48,257 nt of DNA. Source: Fimbriiglobus sp. GTDB taxonomy: Bacteria > Planctomycetota > Planctomycetia > Gemmatales > Gemmataceae. Of the stretch, positions 1-6,827 are shown one piece after another. Position 1 is the stretch's first letter. Each line of letters starts with the position of its first letter. Under the pieces are notes generated by a model, which saw only the letters and a list, made by a program, of their open reading frames with translations, made no database searches and had not been told where the DNA came from. The stretch covers positions 1 through 48,257 of the forward strand of contig JANNVG010000850.1 in assembly GCA_031414395.1 (NCBI GenBank). The letters are read 5' to 3'. Both the position numbers and the translations under genes were made by a program.

Positions 1-119
1 CCGGACCCCATGTCCGCCAACGTCGTCATCATCGTCTGATACTTCGGGACGACCGTCGCCACGGCACCCCCCGCCGTCAACACCGCTCCGGCGATCCCCA
101 AAAACCCGGTCGTGACCTG
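1..119. repeat. Terminal overlap copy 1 (identical to 48139..48257)
   Basis: Read directly: 119/119 identity. It lies inside the tape-measure ORF and in phase with it, so it is most simply an assembly circularisation overlap. Confidence 0.9.
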
Positions 120-1283
120 CATCATCCCTGGGGGCATGTCCCCCAGCCCGTTGACCAGCGTGGTGGCCGCCTGCGTCATGCCCCGCAGAGCCGACGTCGC
201 CCCGGCGCCGCCCTTGATGAACGTCGTTTCCAACGATCCTTTGAACGCCTCGACGTCACCGGCGAGGTTGTCAAGCTTCTTCGCCGCCAAATCCTCGGCG
301 TAGCCGGCGTCATTGACTTTCGCCACCCACGAATCAACGCCGGTGCCGCCCTGCTCGTACAGGATCGCCGCCGACCGAATCGCGTCCGCCCCAAAAATGG
401 TTTGCATCGCGGTCGCCCGCGTTTCCTGCTGCAACGGGCCCAGCTTGTCGTGCAACATCTGCGCCGACTTCGAAATCCCAATGAACTGCCCGTTCGCGTC
501 GAAGAAATCGAGGCCCAACGCTTTCATCATCGACGCCGCCTCCGCCGACTGCGGAACCAAACGTTGTAACGCCGTCTTCAGCGACGTCCCCCCATCGGAC
601 CCCTTCAATCCGGCCTGGGCGAACATGGCAAGAACCCCGGACGTGTCTTCGAGGGTCAAGCCGAGCTGGCCGGCGACGAGCCCCGATTGCTGCAGGGCTT
701 GACCCATGTCCTCAACCTCAGCCGCGGACTTGTTCGCCGACGCCGCCAACACATCCGCAATATGGGGGACGTCGGATCCTTTGAGATGAAACATGTTCAT
801 CGCGTTCGCCGACAGCTCCGCCGCCCGCCCCAGCTCGAGGTGCCCGGCGGACGCCAGGTTCAGTGACCCGACGAGCCCCCCGCCGAGAATGTCGGAGGTC
901 GACACCCCGGCCTTCGCCAACTCCGTTTCGGCCTGAGCGGCCTCGGACGCGGAGAACACGGTGTCCGCCCCGGCCTGCAACGCGGCCTCCGACAGTTTTG
1001 AGAGTTGCTCGCCGGTCGCGTCGGACACCGCACCGACTTCGGAGAGTTCCGACTCGAACCCCATCGTTGCCTTGGTGATCAGCCCGAACCCGGCGAGCAT
1101 CGTCCCCCCAAGAATCAGCGACGTCTTGCCGAGCTTGTCGAGATCCCTCGCCCCGCCCGCCGAGAAGTCGGTGAGTTCCTTACCGAACGCTTTGGTTTGC
1201 GCCGCCGCGACGCCAAGACCGGCGGTGTACTCGCCGACCTTCAACCGCAACGCTATCTCGATGTTCTTCAGGCCCGCGGACAT
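1..1283 (-). CDS. Tape measure protein, N-terminal part (continues across the circular junction into 46599..48138)
   Basis: ATG at 1283 (MSAGLKNIEIALRLKVGEYTAG...). I checked every codon down to position 1 and found no stop. The frame is in phase with track ORF 46599..48239 (pos 101 = 48239). It follows the G/G-T chaperones. The joined ORF is 2823 nt. Confidence 0.85.
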   Translation of the reverse strand, partial: MSAGLKNIEIALRLKVGEYTAGLGVAAAQTKAFGKELTDFSAGGARDLDKLGKTSLILGGTMLAGFGLITKATMGFESELSEVGAVSDATGEQLSKLSEAALQAGADTVFSASEAAQAETELAKAGVSTSDILGGGLVGSLNLASAGHLELGRAAELSANAMNMFHLKGSDVPHIADVLAASANKSAAEVEDMGQALQQSGLVAGQLGLTLEDTSGVLAMFAQAGLKGSDGGTSLKTALQRLVPQSAEAASMMKALGLDFFDANGQFIGISKSAQMLHDKLGPLQQETRATAMQTIFGADAIRSAAILYEQGGTGVDSWVAKVNDAGYAEDLAAKKLDNLAGDVEAFKGSLETTFIKGGAGATSALRGMTQAATTLVNGLGDMPPGMMQVTTGFLGIAGAVLTAGGAVATVVPKYQTMMTTLADMGS

Positions 1284-1327
1284 GTCAGGACCGTGCGCCC
1301 ATCAGGCCCGCGACCATGGGATGCAGG

Positions 1328-1726
1328 TCACTCATCGTCACGAACGAAATCGGTGGGTGTCGACGACCGCAACGACACATACGCCGACTCGCGGGCACCC
1401 GGATCGATCGTCGCCCGCGCCGACGCGACCAGCGCACACCCCGGACACTCGGACACCTCAACCACCCATCCCGGTTCGGTCCACGGCCGTTTACTGACCG
1501 GGTCGACAAGCTCATCCGGTCGGGTCCCACAAGACGGGCACCGCCGGTTCCGTTCCCGCCGCTGGTAGTCGATCCATGCGAGCGCCTTGTCCTGGTCGTC
1601 ATCGAGCCACAACACCTCCCCCGGCCCGGGATGCGGACGGCCGGTGAATATCGAGTACGGGGTTCGGTAGTGGTGGCAGGCCTCGAGCTGGTCTTGGAGC
1701 TCGGGGTCTGCCTCTATCCGTTTCCC
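1328..1726 (-). CDS. Tail assembly chaperone -1 frameshift extension (T part of the G-T fusion; joins 2265..1720)
   Basis: The -1 frame is open from 1729 to the stop at 1328 and overlaps the end of the G ORF. It contains track ORF 1328..1615 and carries CPSC...CPGC zinc-ribbon-like motifs. Confidence 0.7.
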   Translation of the reverse strand, partial: GKRIEADPELQDQLEACHHYRTPYSIFTGRPHPGPGEVLWLDDDQDKALAWIDYQRRERNRRCPSCGTRPDELVDPVSKRPWTEPGWVVEVSECPGCALVASARATIDPGARESAYVSLRSSTPTDFVRDDE

Positions 1727-2265
1727 AGGTCATGCCGCCGCGACCGCTGGTTCACGAGCAGCGCGGTGCCGAACAGCTCGGCGAGTTCCGCTTCGGAGAA
1801 CCGGTCCGAGTCCCACAGAGCGGCGGCCTGTTCCACGGTCATGGTCGGGTCGACGCAACACGAGGCGATGAGCGCCGGGGGGAACGTGTCGGGGTTGTGG
1901 GTGAGATCCCCGGCGAGGTGCGGGGGGATCCCCCGGCCGAGGGCCGCCTTCTTGTACAAGTCGCGTTGGGGTTTCGTCGCAGGGTGTTCGTCGCGGAGCT
2001 GCTCGAACGGTTCGCGGCCCATGGCCTCGAACCGGAACACGGCGGTCACGTCTGCGGCGGCCGCTTTCGCGTCGTCGAGTTCGTTGTTCGCGGCGACCAG
2101 GTCGGCGGCGACCCCACCGTTGTTCGGGGCTGATTCGGCGGCGCGCCGGGCTTTGTCCTGGGCGTCAACCGCGGCGTCGAGGCGTTCACGGATCCCGGCG
2201 TCGAGCACAATCGGGACAGTCCCCCGGATTGGCTGTTTGCGGGCCAGAACGTCGTTGATGTCCAT
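1714..2265 (-). CDS. Tail assembly chaperone (G-like)
   Basis: Track ORF 1714..2619 trimmed to ATG 2265 (MDINDVLARK...), which is preceded by AGGAG. It lies between the major tail and tape measure genes. Confidence 0.8.
   Translation of the reverse strand: MDINDVLARKQPIRGTVPIVLDAGIRERLDAAVDAQDKARRAAESAPNNGGVAADLVAANNELDDAKAAAADVTAVFRFEAMGREPFEQLRDEHPATKPQRDLYKKAALGRGIPPHLAGDLTHNPDTFPPALIASCCVDPTMTVEQAAALWDSDRFSEAELAELFGTALLVNQRSRRHDLGNG
1720..1726 (-). promoter_or_regulatory. Programmed -1 ribosomal frameshift slippery heptamer G_GGA_AAC
   Basis: The minus strand reads ctG GGA AAC gga tag in the G frame (X_XXY_YYZ). After slippage it reads GGG AAA CGG ATA GAG... without stops. Confidence 0.75.
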
Positions 2266-2378
2266 GGGTTGCTCCTGGGGCGTCGGAGGGGGCGTGTGGG
2301 GGGGTGTGGTGGGGTGTTCGCGGTGGGCGCCGGTAAGCCCACGCCCGGACCGGCCGGCACCCACCGCGACTAGGCCGA

Positions 2379-2864
2379 TCAGGCGGTGATGACACCGTTC
2401 TTGTTCGGGGCGGAAGTAACCGCGAACGTGACGACGAACATCGACGCCGTGTTCTCCGCGTTGATCTGCGAGTCGTTCAAAGTGGAAACCTTGCACGGGT
2501 ACACCTGCGCCCGTTTCCCGGTGGTACCGCCGTAACGCATGATGATCATGTACCCGGCGGTCGCTTCGGCGAGGGCGGTACGGATCGTGGAGGACGCGTC
2601 GTCGTCGTAGAACGTGCACGACGCCTCGGAGGCCTTCGTGCGGCCGGGGATCTGCCCGTCGAACGTGGTCTGCACGTCGGGGACATCAATGTTCGACACG
2701 GCGGTCTCCCAGCCGTCCATGTGGGCGAGACCGGCGGCGACGGTGCCACCGGCGACGTTGAGGACGGTACCGGCAGTGATTTCGGCTTGGGTGGGGGCGG
2801 CGATCGACGCGCACGCCGGGGCGAACACAACTTTCGAGACGCCGGATGGGATGTAACGGGACAT
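2379..2864 (-). CDS. Major tail (tube) protein
   Basis: 161-aa track ORF with a TP901-1/phi13-like tail tube pattern, directly upstream of the chaperones. Confidence 0.7.
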   Translation of the reverse strand: MSRYIPSGVSKVVFAPACASIAAPTQAEITAGTVLNVAGGTVAAGLAHMDGWETAVSNIDVPDVQTTFDGQIPGRTKASEASCTFYDDDASSTIRTALAEATAGYMIIMRYGGTTGKRAQVYPCKVSTLNDSQINAENTASMFVVTFAVTSAPNKNGVITA

Positions 2865-2866
2865 GG

Positions 2867-3157
2867 TCAGTCCTCTCCGGCGGGGTCGCCGAGATCGTCG
2901 TCGTCTCCGACGGGGTCGTCGTCAAGATCGATGGGGTCGGGTGAGTCGTCGAACAGGTCGGTGCCGTCACCGGTGATGATCAGGTCGGCGCCGAGGCTCG
3001 ACCGGGTACCGTTAAACGTTTCGACGACCACTTCAAGCGGCCCGTCATCGGCCGGTTCGGGAGCGGGTTCCCAGCCGAGCGTTACGAGGTGTTCCGCTTG
3101 GGCTTGGTTGACAGCGAAACAGTCGCCGCCGGTGACAGGGTGGGTCATGGCGATCAA
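2867..3157 (-). CDS. Hypothetical acidic protein (virion module)
   Basis: Track ORF with an Asp-rich C-terminus. ATGA overlap with the upstream ORF. Confidence 0.6.
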   Translation of the reverse strand: MIAMTHPVTGGDCFAVNQAQAEHLVTLGWEPAPEPADDGPLEVVVETFNGTRSSLGADLIITGDGTDLFDDSPDPIDLDDDPVGDDDDLGDPAGED

Positions 3158-3486
3158 TGGGTGAACACCCCCACGGTCAACGACGTCACACCGGAGTAGG
3201 TGATGTCCGCGAGCCCGTCCGAACCTTGGAACCGCTGGGCGGGGAACGGGCCGATCTTCGCCCGGGCGCCAGCGCCGACCACTACGGCGTCGTTGACGTC
3301 GGTCCCGTAGTTCGATGCGACCTTCGAGTCGACGGTGACGGTGATCGCCCCGCCGGACCCGTTGATCACCTCGAGGTACGTGTTGTCCCCGGGAGTGAAT
3401 TTGTCGCCGCCGCCGGCCGCCGCCGCGAACGACGGGGTGATGCCGGTTTGGGAGATGGTTTGGGTGGTCAGCGTGGCCATCGGCAT
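3154..3486 (-). CDS. Hypothetical structural-module protein
   Basis: Track ORF of 110 aa with a GAGGA RBS, between the tail terminator and tail tube genes. Confidence 0.6.
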   Translation of the reverse strand: MPMATLTTQTISQTGITPSFAAAAGGGDKFTPGDNTYLEVINGSGGAITVTVDSKVASNYGTDVNDAVVVGAGARAKIGPFPAQRFQGSDGLADITYSGVTSLTVGVFTH

Positions 3487-3558
3487 CCTCGATCGCTGGT
3501 TGGTGCGGTCATCCCGGTGATTGTTCGTGCCGGCGCGAACATTGGGAGGGATGCACTG

Positions 3559-3987
3559 TCAAACCGATGACAGGGTCAGGACGTACCGGTCGATCGCGTT
3601 GAACAGGATCCCCTCACGGGCCACCCCACCGGACGAGTCATGGACCCGGTTCATCACCCGCGTCGGGGCGGCCGGAGTTATCGGTTTCGCGAACCCGTCG
3701 GGGACTTTCGCCAACAACACCTGAAACGCCCGCGCGCCCAACGCGGCGGCGCCTTCACGGGTCGGGGCGACACACGTGACCTGCACGACCAGGTCGAGCA
3801 TCGACGACGGCTGCCCGCAATCGCCGTACGCCTGACCGCCGGGAATGACCTCAACAATCCCGTACGGGTAATCGGGTTCACCGCGTTCGGGATCGGGGGC
3901 CTGCCCATCGCCGAACGGCCGGCCGGTCGCCTGGGCGAGAGCGACGATAACGGCGGCGGTCGCGTGGTTGGCGTTCGGAACGGTCAC
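3559..3987 (-). CDS. Tail terminator-like protein
   Basis: Track ORF. Size, position and ATGA coupling after the gp10-like gene fit; assignment is mainly by synteny. Confidence 0.5.
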   Translation of the reverse strand: MTVPNANHATAAVIVALAQATGRPFGDGQAPDPERGEPDYPYGIVEVIPGGQAYGDCGQPSSMLDLVVQVTCVAPTREGAAALGARAFQVLLAKVPDGFAKPITPAAPTRVMNRVHDSSGGVAREGILFNAIDRYVLTLSSV

Positions 3988-4394
3988 AGGTCGACCTGCC
4001 CGATCGCTACGACGGCCGCCTCGAACTCGGGGGCGGTCTTGTCGAACGCCGGCCCGAAATGAGGCAGAGCCGCCTGGTTGTACACCCGGCCTTTCGTGTC
4101 CGCCCCATGAAACCCGAACTCCAACCGGCGGCCCTGCGGCCGGTTCGTCCCTACCCGCGCCGCGACACCACCCGCCTCACGGCCGACCCGCAACGAAATC
4201 GACCGCGAGTAGTCACCGGTCTGGATACGCGGACCGGGGCGGCCCGCCGCGTTCGCTTTGACCCGACCCTGCAGCACCACCCCGAAGTGTTGGGTGACCG
4301 CGAATGCCCGCACGCCGGCTTTCACCCCGGCGGCTTCTAACCGGACAGCGAGCTGGCCGAGCTGCCCCCGGTCGTCAACCCCGAACGTGGTCAT
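3984..4394 (-). CDS. HK97 gp10-like head-tail joining protein
   Basis: Track ORF with gp10-family-like ...TGDYSRSISLRVG... and a FGxH segment. ATGA overlaps on both sides. Confidence 0.6.
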   Translation of the reverse strand: MTTFGVDDRGQLGQLAVRLEAAGVKAGVRAFAVTQHFGVVLQGRVKANAAGRPGPRIQTGDYSRSISLRVGREAGGVAARVGTNRPQGRRLEFGFHGADTKGRVYNQAALPHFGPAFDKTAPEFEAAVVAIGQVDL

Positions 4395-4816
4395 ACCCGC
4401 GGCCCCCGGGTCCGTTCCACCATCCGCAGAATCCGGGTTACCGCGTACGTCCGGCCGGACACCCCGGTGATCGTGAACGTCCGATCGGCCAGCGACGGGT
4501 CATTGACCGCGGTGGTGACGGTGACAACATCACCGATCTGCGGGACGTCGGCGTCCATCGGGATCCGGCAGCGGAACAGGTCCCGCCACAGATCCTGACC
4601 GCCTTCCGTCGATGACCCCTGCCCGCCGTCGGGCATGTCACCCACCAACCCGACTCCTTCGTACACCGTCTCGGCGTCCGAACTTGGTGGCGTGTAGGTG
4701 AGGGTGAGTTCGTCGAACACGTCATCGGTCGGCCCTTGGGTGTCGCGGGTGATGAGCACGGCGTCGACCATGCGGGCCTCAGCGGTCGCACGTTGCGGGC
4801 CGAGGGTTGTTGTCAC
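4391..4816 (-). CDS. Head-to-tail stopper-like protein
   Basis: Track ORF 4391..4843 trimmed to GTG 4816, which forms a GTGA overlap with the stop of 4813..5163. Function is by synteny only. Confidence 0.45.
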   Translation of the reverse strand: MTTTLGPQRATAEARMVDAVLITRDTQGPTDDVFDELTLTYTPPSSDAETVYEGVGLVGDMPDGGQGSSTEGGQDLWRDLFRCRIPMDADVPQIGDVVTVTTAVNDPSLADRTFTITGVSGRTYAVTRILRMVERTRGPRV

Positions 4817-5163
4817 AGCCCCACCCCTCGAGCGTAGGCGCACAGCATCTGCAGCATCGGCCCCGTCAACGTTCCGGCGGCGGTCTGGGCCATCAACGCG
4901 TCCTGCTCCAACTGGACCGGGTCGATCTGTTCGAGAAACGCGCAGATGATGTCGGCGTCATCACGATCGTCGGCTTCGACGACCTGGACGATCCCTTCAC
5001 CCTCGATCGGGCCGGCCCCGTCAAGGTGGTGGAGGGTGAGTACGGTCGGGTCGTACCGGCCGACCCTCAGCTCGGCGGCGGCTACCCGGTCAGTGACATC
5101 CTCACCGTTGATCGTGATGCGACCACCGACGGGTTGGGCGTCGATACGGAACGGGGTGGCCAT
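4813..5163 (-). CDS. Hypothetical protein (head-tail region)
   Basis: Track ORF of 116 aa with ordinary protein-like composition. Confidence 0.6.
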   Translation of the reverse strand: MATPFRIDAQPVGGRITINGEDVTDRVAAAELRVGRYDPTVLTLHHLDGAGPIEGEGIVQVVEADDRDDADIICAFLEQIDPVQLEQDALMAQTAAGTLTGPMLQMLCAYARGVGL

Positions 5164-5270
5164 GGTGTTGACCGTGGCCGCTGAGCGGGTGTTCGGGTCG
5201 GATGCAGACCCTCACCCGGCACGGAGCCGCCACCCTGTTCCAGGACAACGAGGCGACTGCCGTCGGGCTC

Positions 5271-5294
5271 TGACATGGATCGTCTTCGATGTCA
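5271..5294. promoter_or_regulatory. Imperfect palindrome TGACAT-N12-ATGTCA upstream of the MerR/DUF433 gene (candidate operator)
   Basis: Read directly in the divergent 5164..5314 intergenic region, 21 nt upstream of ATG 5315. MerR-type regulators bind palindromes within promoters. Confidence 0.4.
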
Positions 5295-5314
5295 CATTGG
5301 GTGGGGAAGATTGA

Positions 5315-6007
5315 ATGATTAAGCCGATGGGCGCCACGATGCAAGACTGGGGCACGATGGTGAGGATGGACGAGGATGAAGTGATCGGTTTGACCAGCCA
5401 CCGGGCGTGCGCCCTGGCCGGAATCAGCATGCACCAGCTCGCTAGCTGGGAACGCATCGGCCTCGTTCATCCTGGGGTCAGCGTCAAGCTCAACGGTCGC
5501 CGGGTCCGCGTCTACGGCCTCGAGCAGCTCGTCGAGCTGCGAGTCGTGAAGGAACTCGCAGACCGGTCGATCGAGATCATTGCAATCCGAGCGATCGCAG
5601 AAGCCCATCGGTCCGCAGTGGAACACCCGCTCCGAGAGTTGCGGTGGGGCGTCGTACCCAAGGACAAGGGCCGCCCCGATGTGTACGTTGGCTACCCCGA
5701 CGGCGGTTGGGTAGGAGGTCGTGTCCCGATGCAGGGCGTAATGATCGAGGTGCTCAACCTTGAGGAGATCCGGACCGCGCTCCGTCAAGAGATCCGACAG
5801 CGACCCGTAGACCTGGTCGGGCGTACCGAACGCCGCAGAGCGACCATGGGCAACAAGTTGTTGTTCGCCGGCACGCGTACGCCAGTGGAGGCGGTGCAGT
5901 CGTACCTGCGACGGGGTTTGCCTGAGAGCGAAATCCTCGAGGCGTTTCCGCATCTGTCCCAGGACGACATCGACGTTGCCCGATCGATGCTCGTTAGCGT
6001 CGGCTGA
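5315..6007 (+). CDS. MerR-type HTH + DUF433-like protein (candidate antitoxin/regulator)
   Basis: The N-terminus (LTSHRACALAGISMHQLASWERIGLV...RVYGLEQLVEL) looks like a MerR HTH. The C-terminus (FAGTRTPVEAVQSYLRRGLPESEILEAFPHLSQDDIDVA) matches the DUF433 pattern. The true start may lie at a downstream Met. Confidence 0.65.
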   Translation: MIKPMGATMQDWGTMVRMDEDEVIGLTSHRACALAGISMHQLASWERIGLVHPGVSVKLNGRRVRVYGLEQLVELRVVKELADRSIEIIAIRAIAEAHRSAVEHPLRELRWGVVPKDKGRPDVYVGYPDGGWVGGRVPMQGVMIEVLNLEEIRTALRQEIRQRPVDLVGRTERRRATMGNKLLFAGTRTPVEAVQSYLRRGLPESEILEAFPHLSQDDIDVARSMLVSVG

Positions 6008-6034
6008 GCCAAGCCACAAACGAGGCGGAGCGGC

Positions 6035-6388
6035 GTGCGGTTCTACCTCGACAACGACGTCGACCACCGATGCCGTAAAATCCTGATGGAGCGCGGTCAG
6101 GAGTGTTGGGCAACCAGCGAAGCTGGCCGCTCTGATGCGTCCGACGACGATCAGGCCGTCTATGCCGACGACAAACACGCTGTCGTGGTCACGCATGACC
6201 GCGAGTTCACCGAACGCATGAAGAAGAACACGACCGGTCGACATGTTCGCCTTTGCGGTGAGCAACCCGATGGGCCTCGTCTCCTCGAGCGTTGGATCGC
6301 CTTGGTTCTGCCGGCGCTCGAGGCGATGCCCTATGTCGTGATCGAGTTGCGCCAAGAGGGCTACCAGGTCTTCTCGGCTTGGAAATGA
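6035..6388 (+). CDS. DUF5615 (Mut7-C/PIN-like) protein, candidate toxin
   Basis: MRFYLDNDV...DDDQAVYADDKHAVVVTHDREF matches the DUF5615 layout. It sits 28 nt downstream of the DUF433 gene. Confidence 0.65.
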   Translation: MRFYLDNDVDHRCRKILMERGQECWATSEAGRSDASDDDQAVYADDKHAVVVTHDREFTERMKKNTTGRHVRLCGEQPDGPRLLERWIALVLPALEAMPYVVIELRQEGYQVFSAWK

Positions 6389-6437
6389 CCGGCCGGTAAT
6401 CGGGGCTTTCCCGGACGTCAGATGGCCGGGCCGAGCC

Positions 6438-6581
6438 TCATTCGAGCGGTTCCCGGTCGGGGTCTTGCCAGAGGGCGACGAGGGTCTCGGCTTCGTCCCG
6501 ATCGAACTGGCCGGACGCGACCAACTCCTCGACGAGTTCGGCGGCCGGTCTCGTGAGGTCAAGATCGGCGGAAATGATCAT
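6438..6581 (-). CDS. Small acidic protein (47 aa), ParD/RHH-like signature
   Basis: Hand-translated and not in the track (<60 aa): MIISADLDLTRPAAELVEELVASGQFDRDEAETLVALWQDPDREPLE. High GC3. The ATG is 3 nt after the upstream stop. Confidence 0.45.
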   Translation of the reverse strand: MIISADLDLTRPAAELVEELVASGQFDRDEAETLVALWQDPDREPLE

Positions 6582-6584
6582 CGA

Positions 6585-6827
6585 TCAGTTGTCGAGTAGG
6601 CCGGCGGCGGCCAGGCGCTCATTCAGCATCCGATCGAAGTCGTCCATCTGCTCGGGTGTTGCTTCAACGTCGAGGACCTCGACGTTGTAGTCGGAATGGT
6701 CCGGATGCTCTTCCGGGGCGAAACGGACGGCGTTGTGCCGTCGTGACCATTCACGGTGCACTTGAGAAGTGATCCGACAAATGAAGCGGTCTCGTTCCTC
6801 ATTTTCTGCCAACGTTCGGTTGCTCAT
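6585..6827 (-). CDS. Small acidic protein (80 aa), candidate immunity partner of the MuF C-domain
   Basis: Track ORF 6585..7175 trimmed to ATG 6827 (MSNRTLAENEERDRF...), which forms an ATGA overlap with the MuF gene stop. Confidence 0.55.
   Translation of the reverse strand: MSNRTLAENEERDRFICRITSQVHREWSRRHNAVRFAPEEHPDHSDYNVEVLDVEATPEQMDDFDRMLNERLAAAGLLDN

Noticed and set aside
6388-6438. An intrinsic terminator between the convergent DUF5615 gene and the 47-aa ORF.
   Set aside because: Only a 5-bp CCCGG/CCGGG stem with a 12-nt loop and no U-tract was found, which is too weak to call.
5102-6562. 486-aa minus-strand track ORF across the DUF433/DUF5615 region. Similar long antisense or out-of-frame ORFs include 1316..2389(+), 7598..8845(+), 12487..13932(+), 23812..24918(+) and 38202..39383(+).
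   Set aside because: These ORFs are Arg/Pro/Gly/His-rich with no recognisable motifs. Each overlaps a gene with clear family signatures on the other strand or in another frame. Long spurious ORFs are expected at this G+C.
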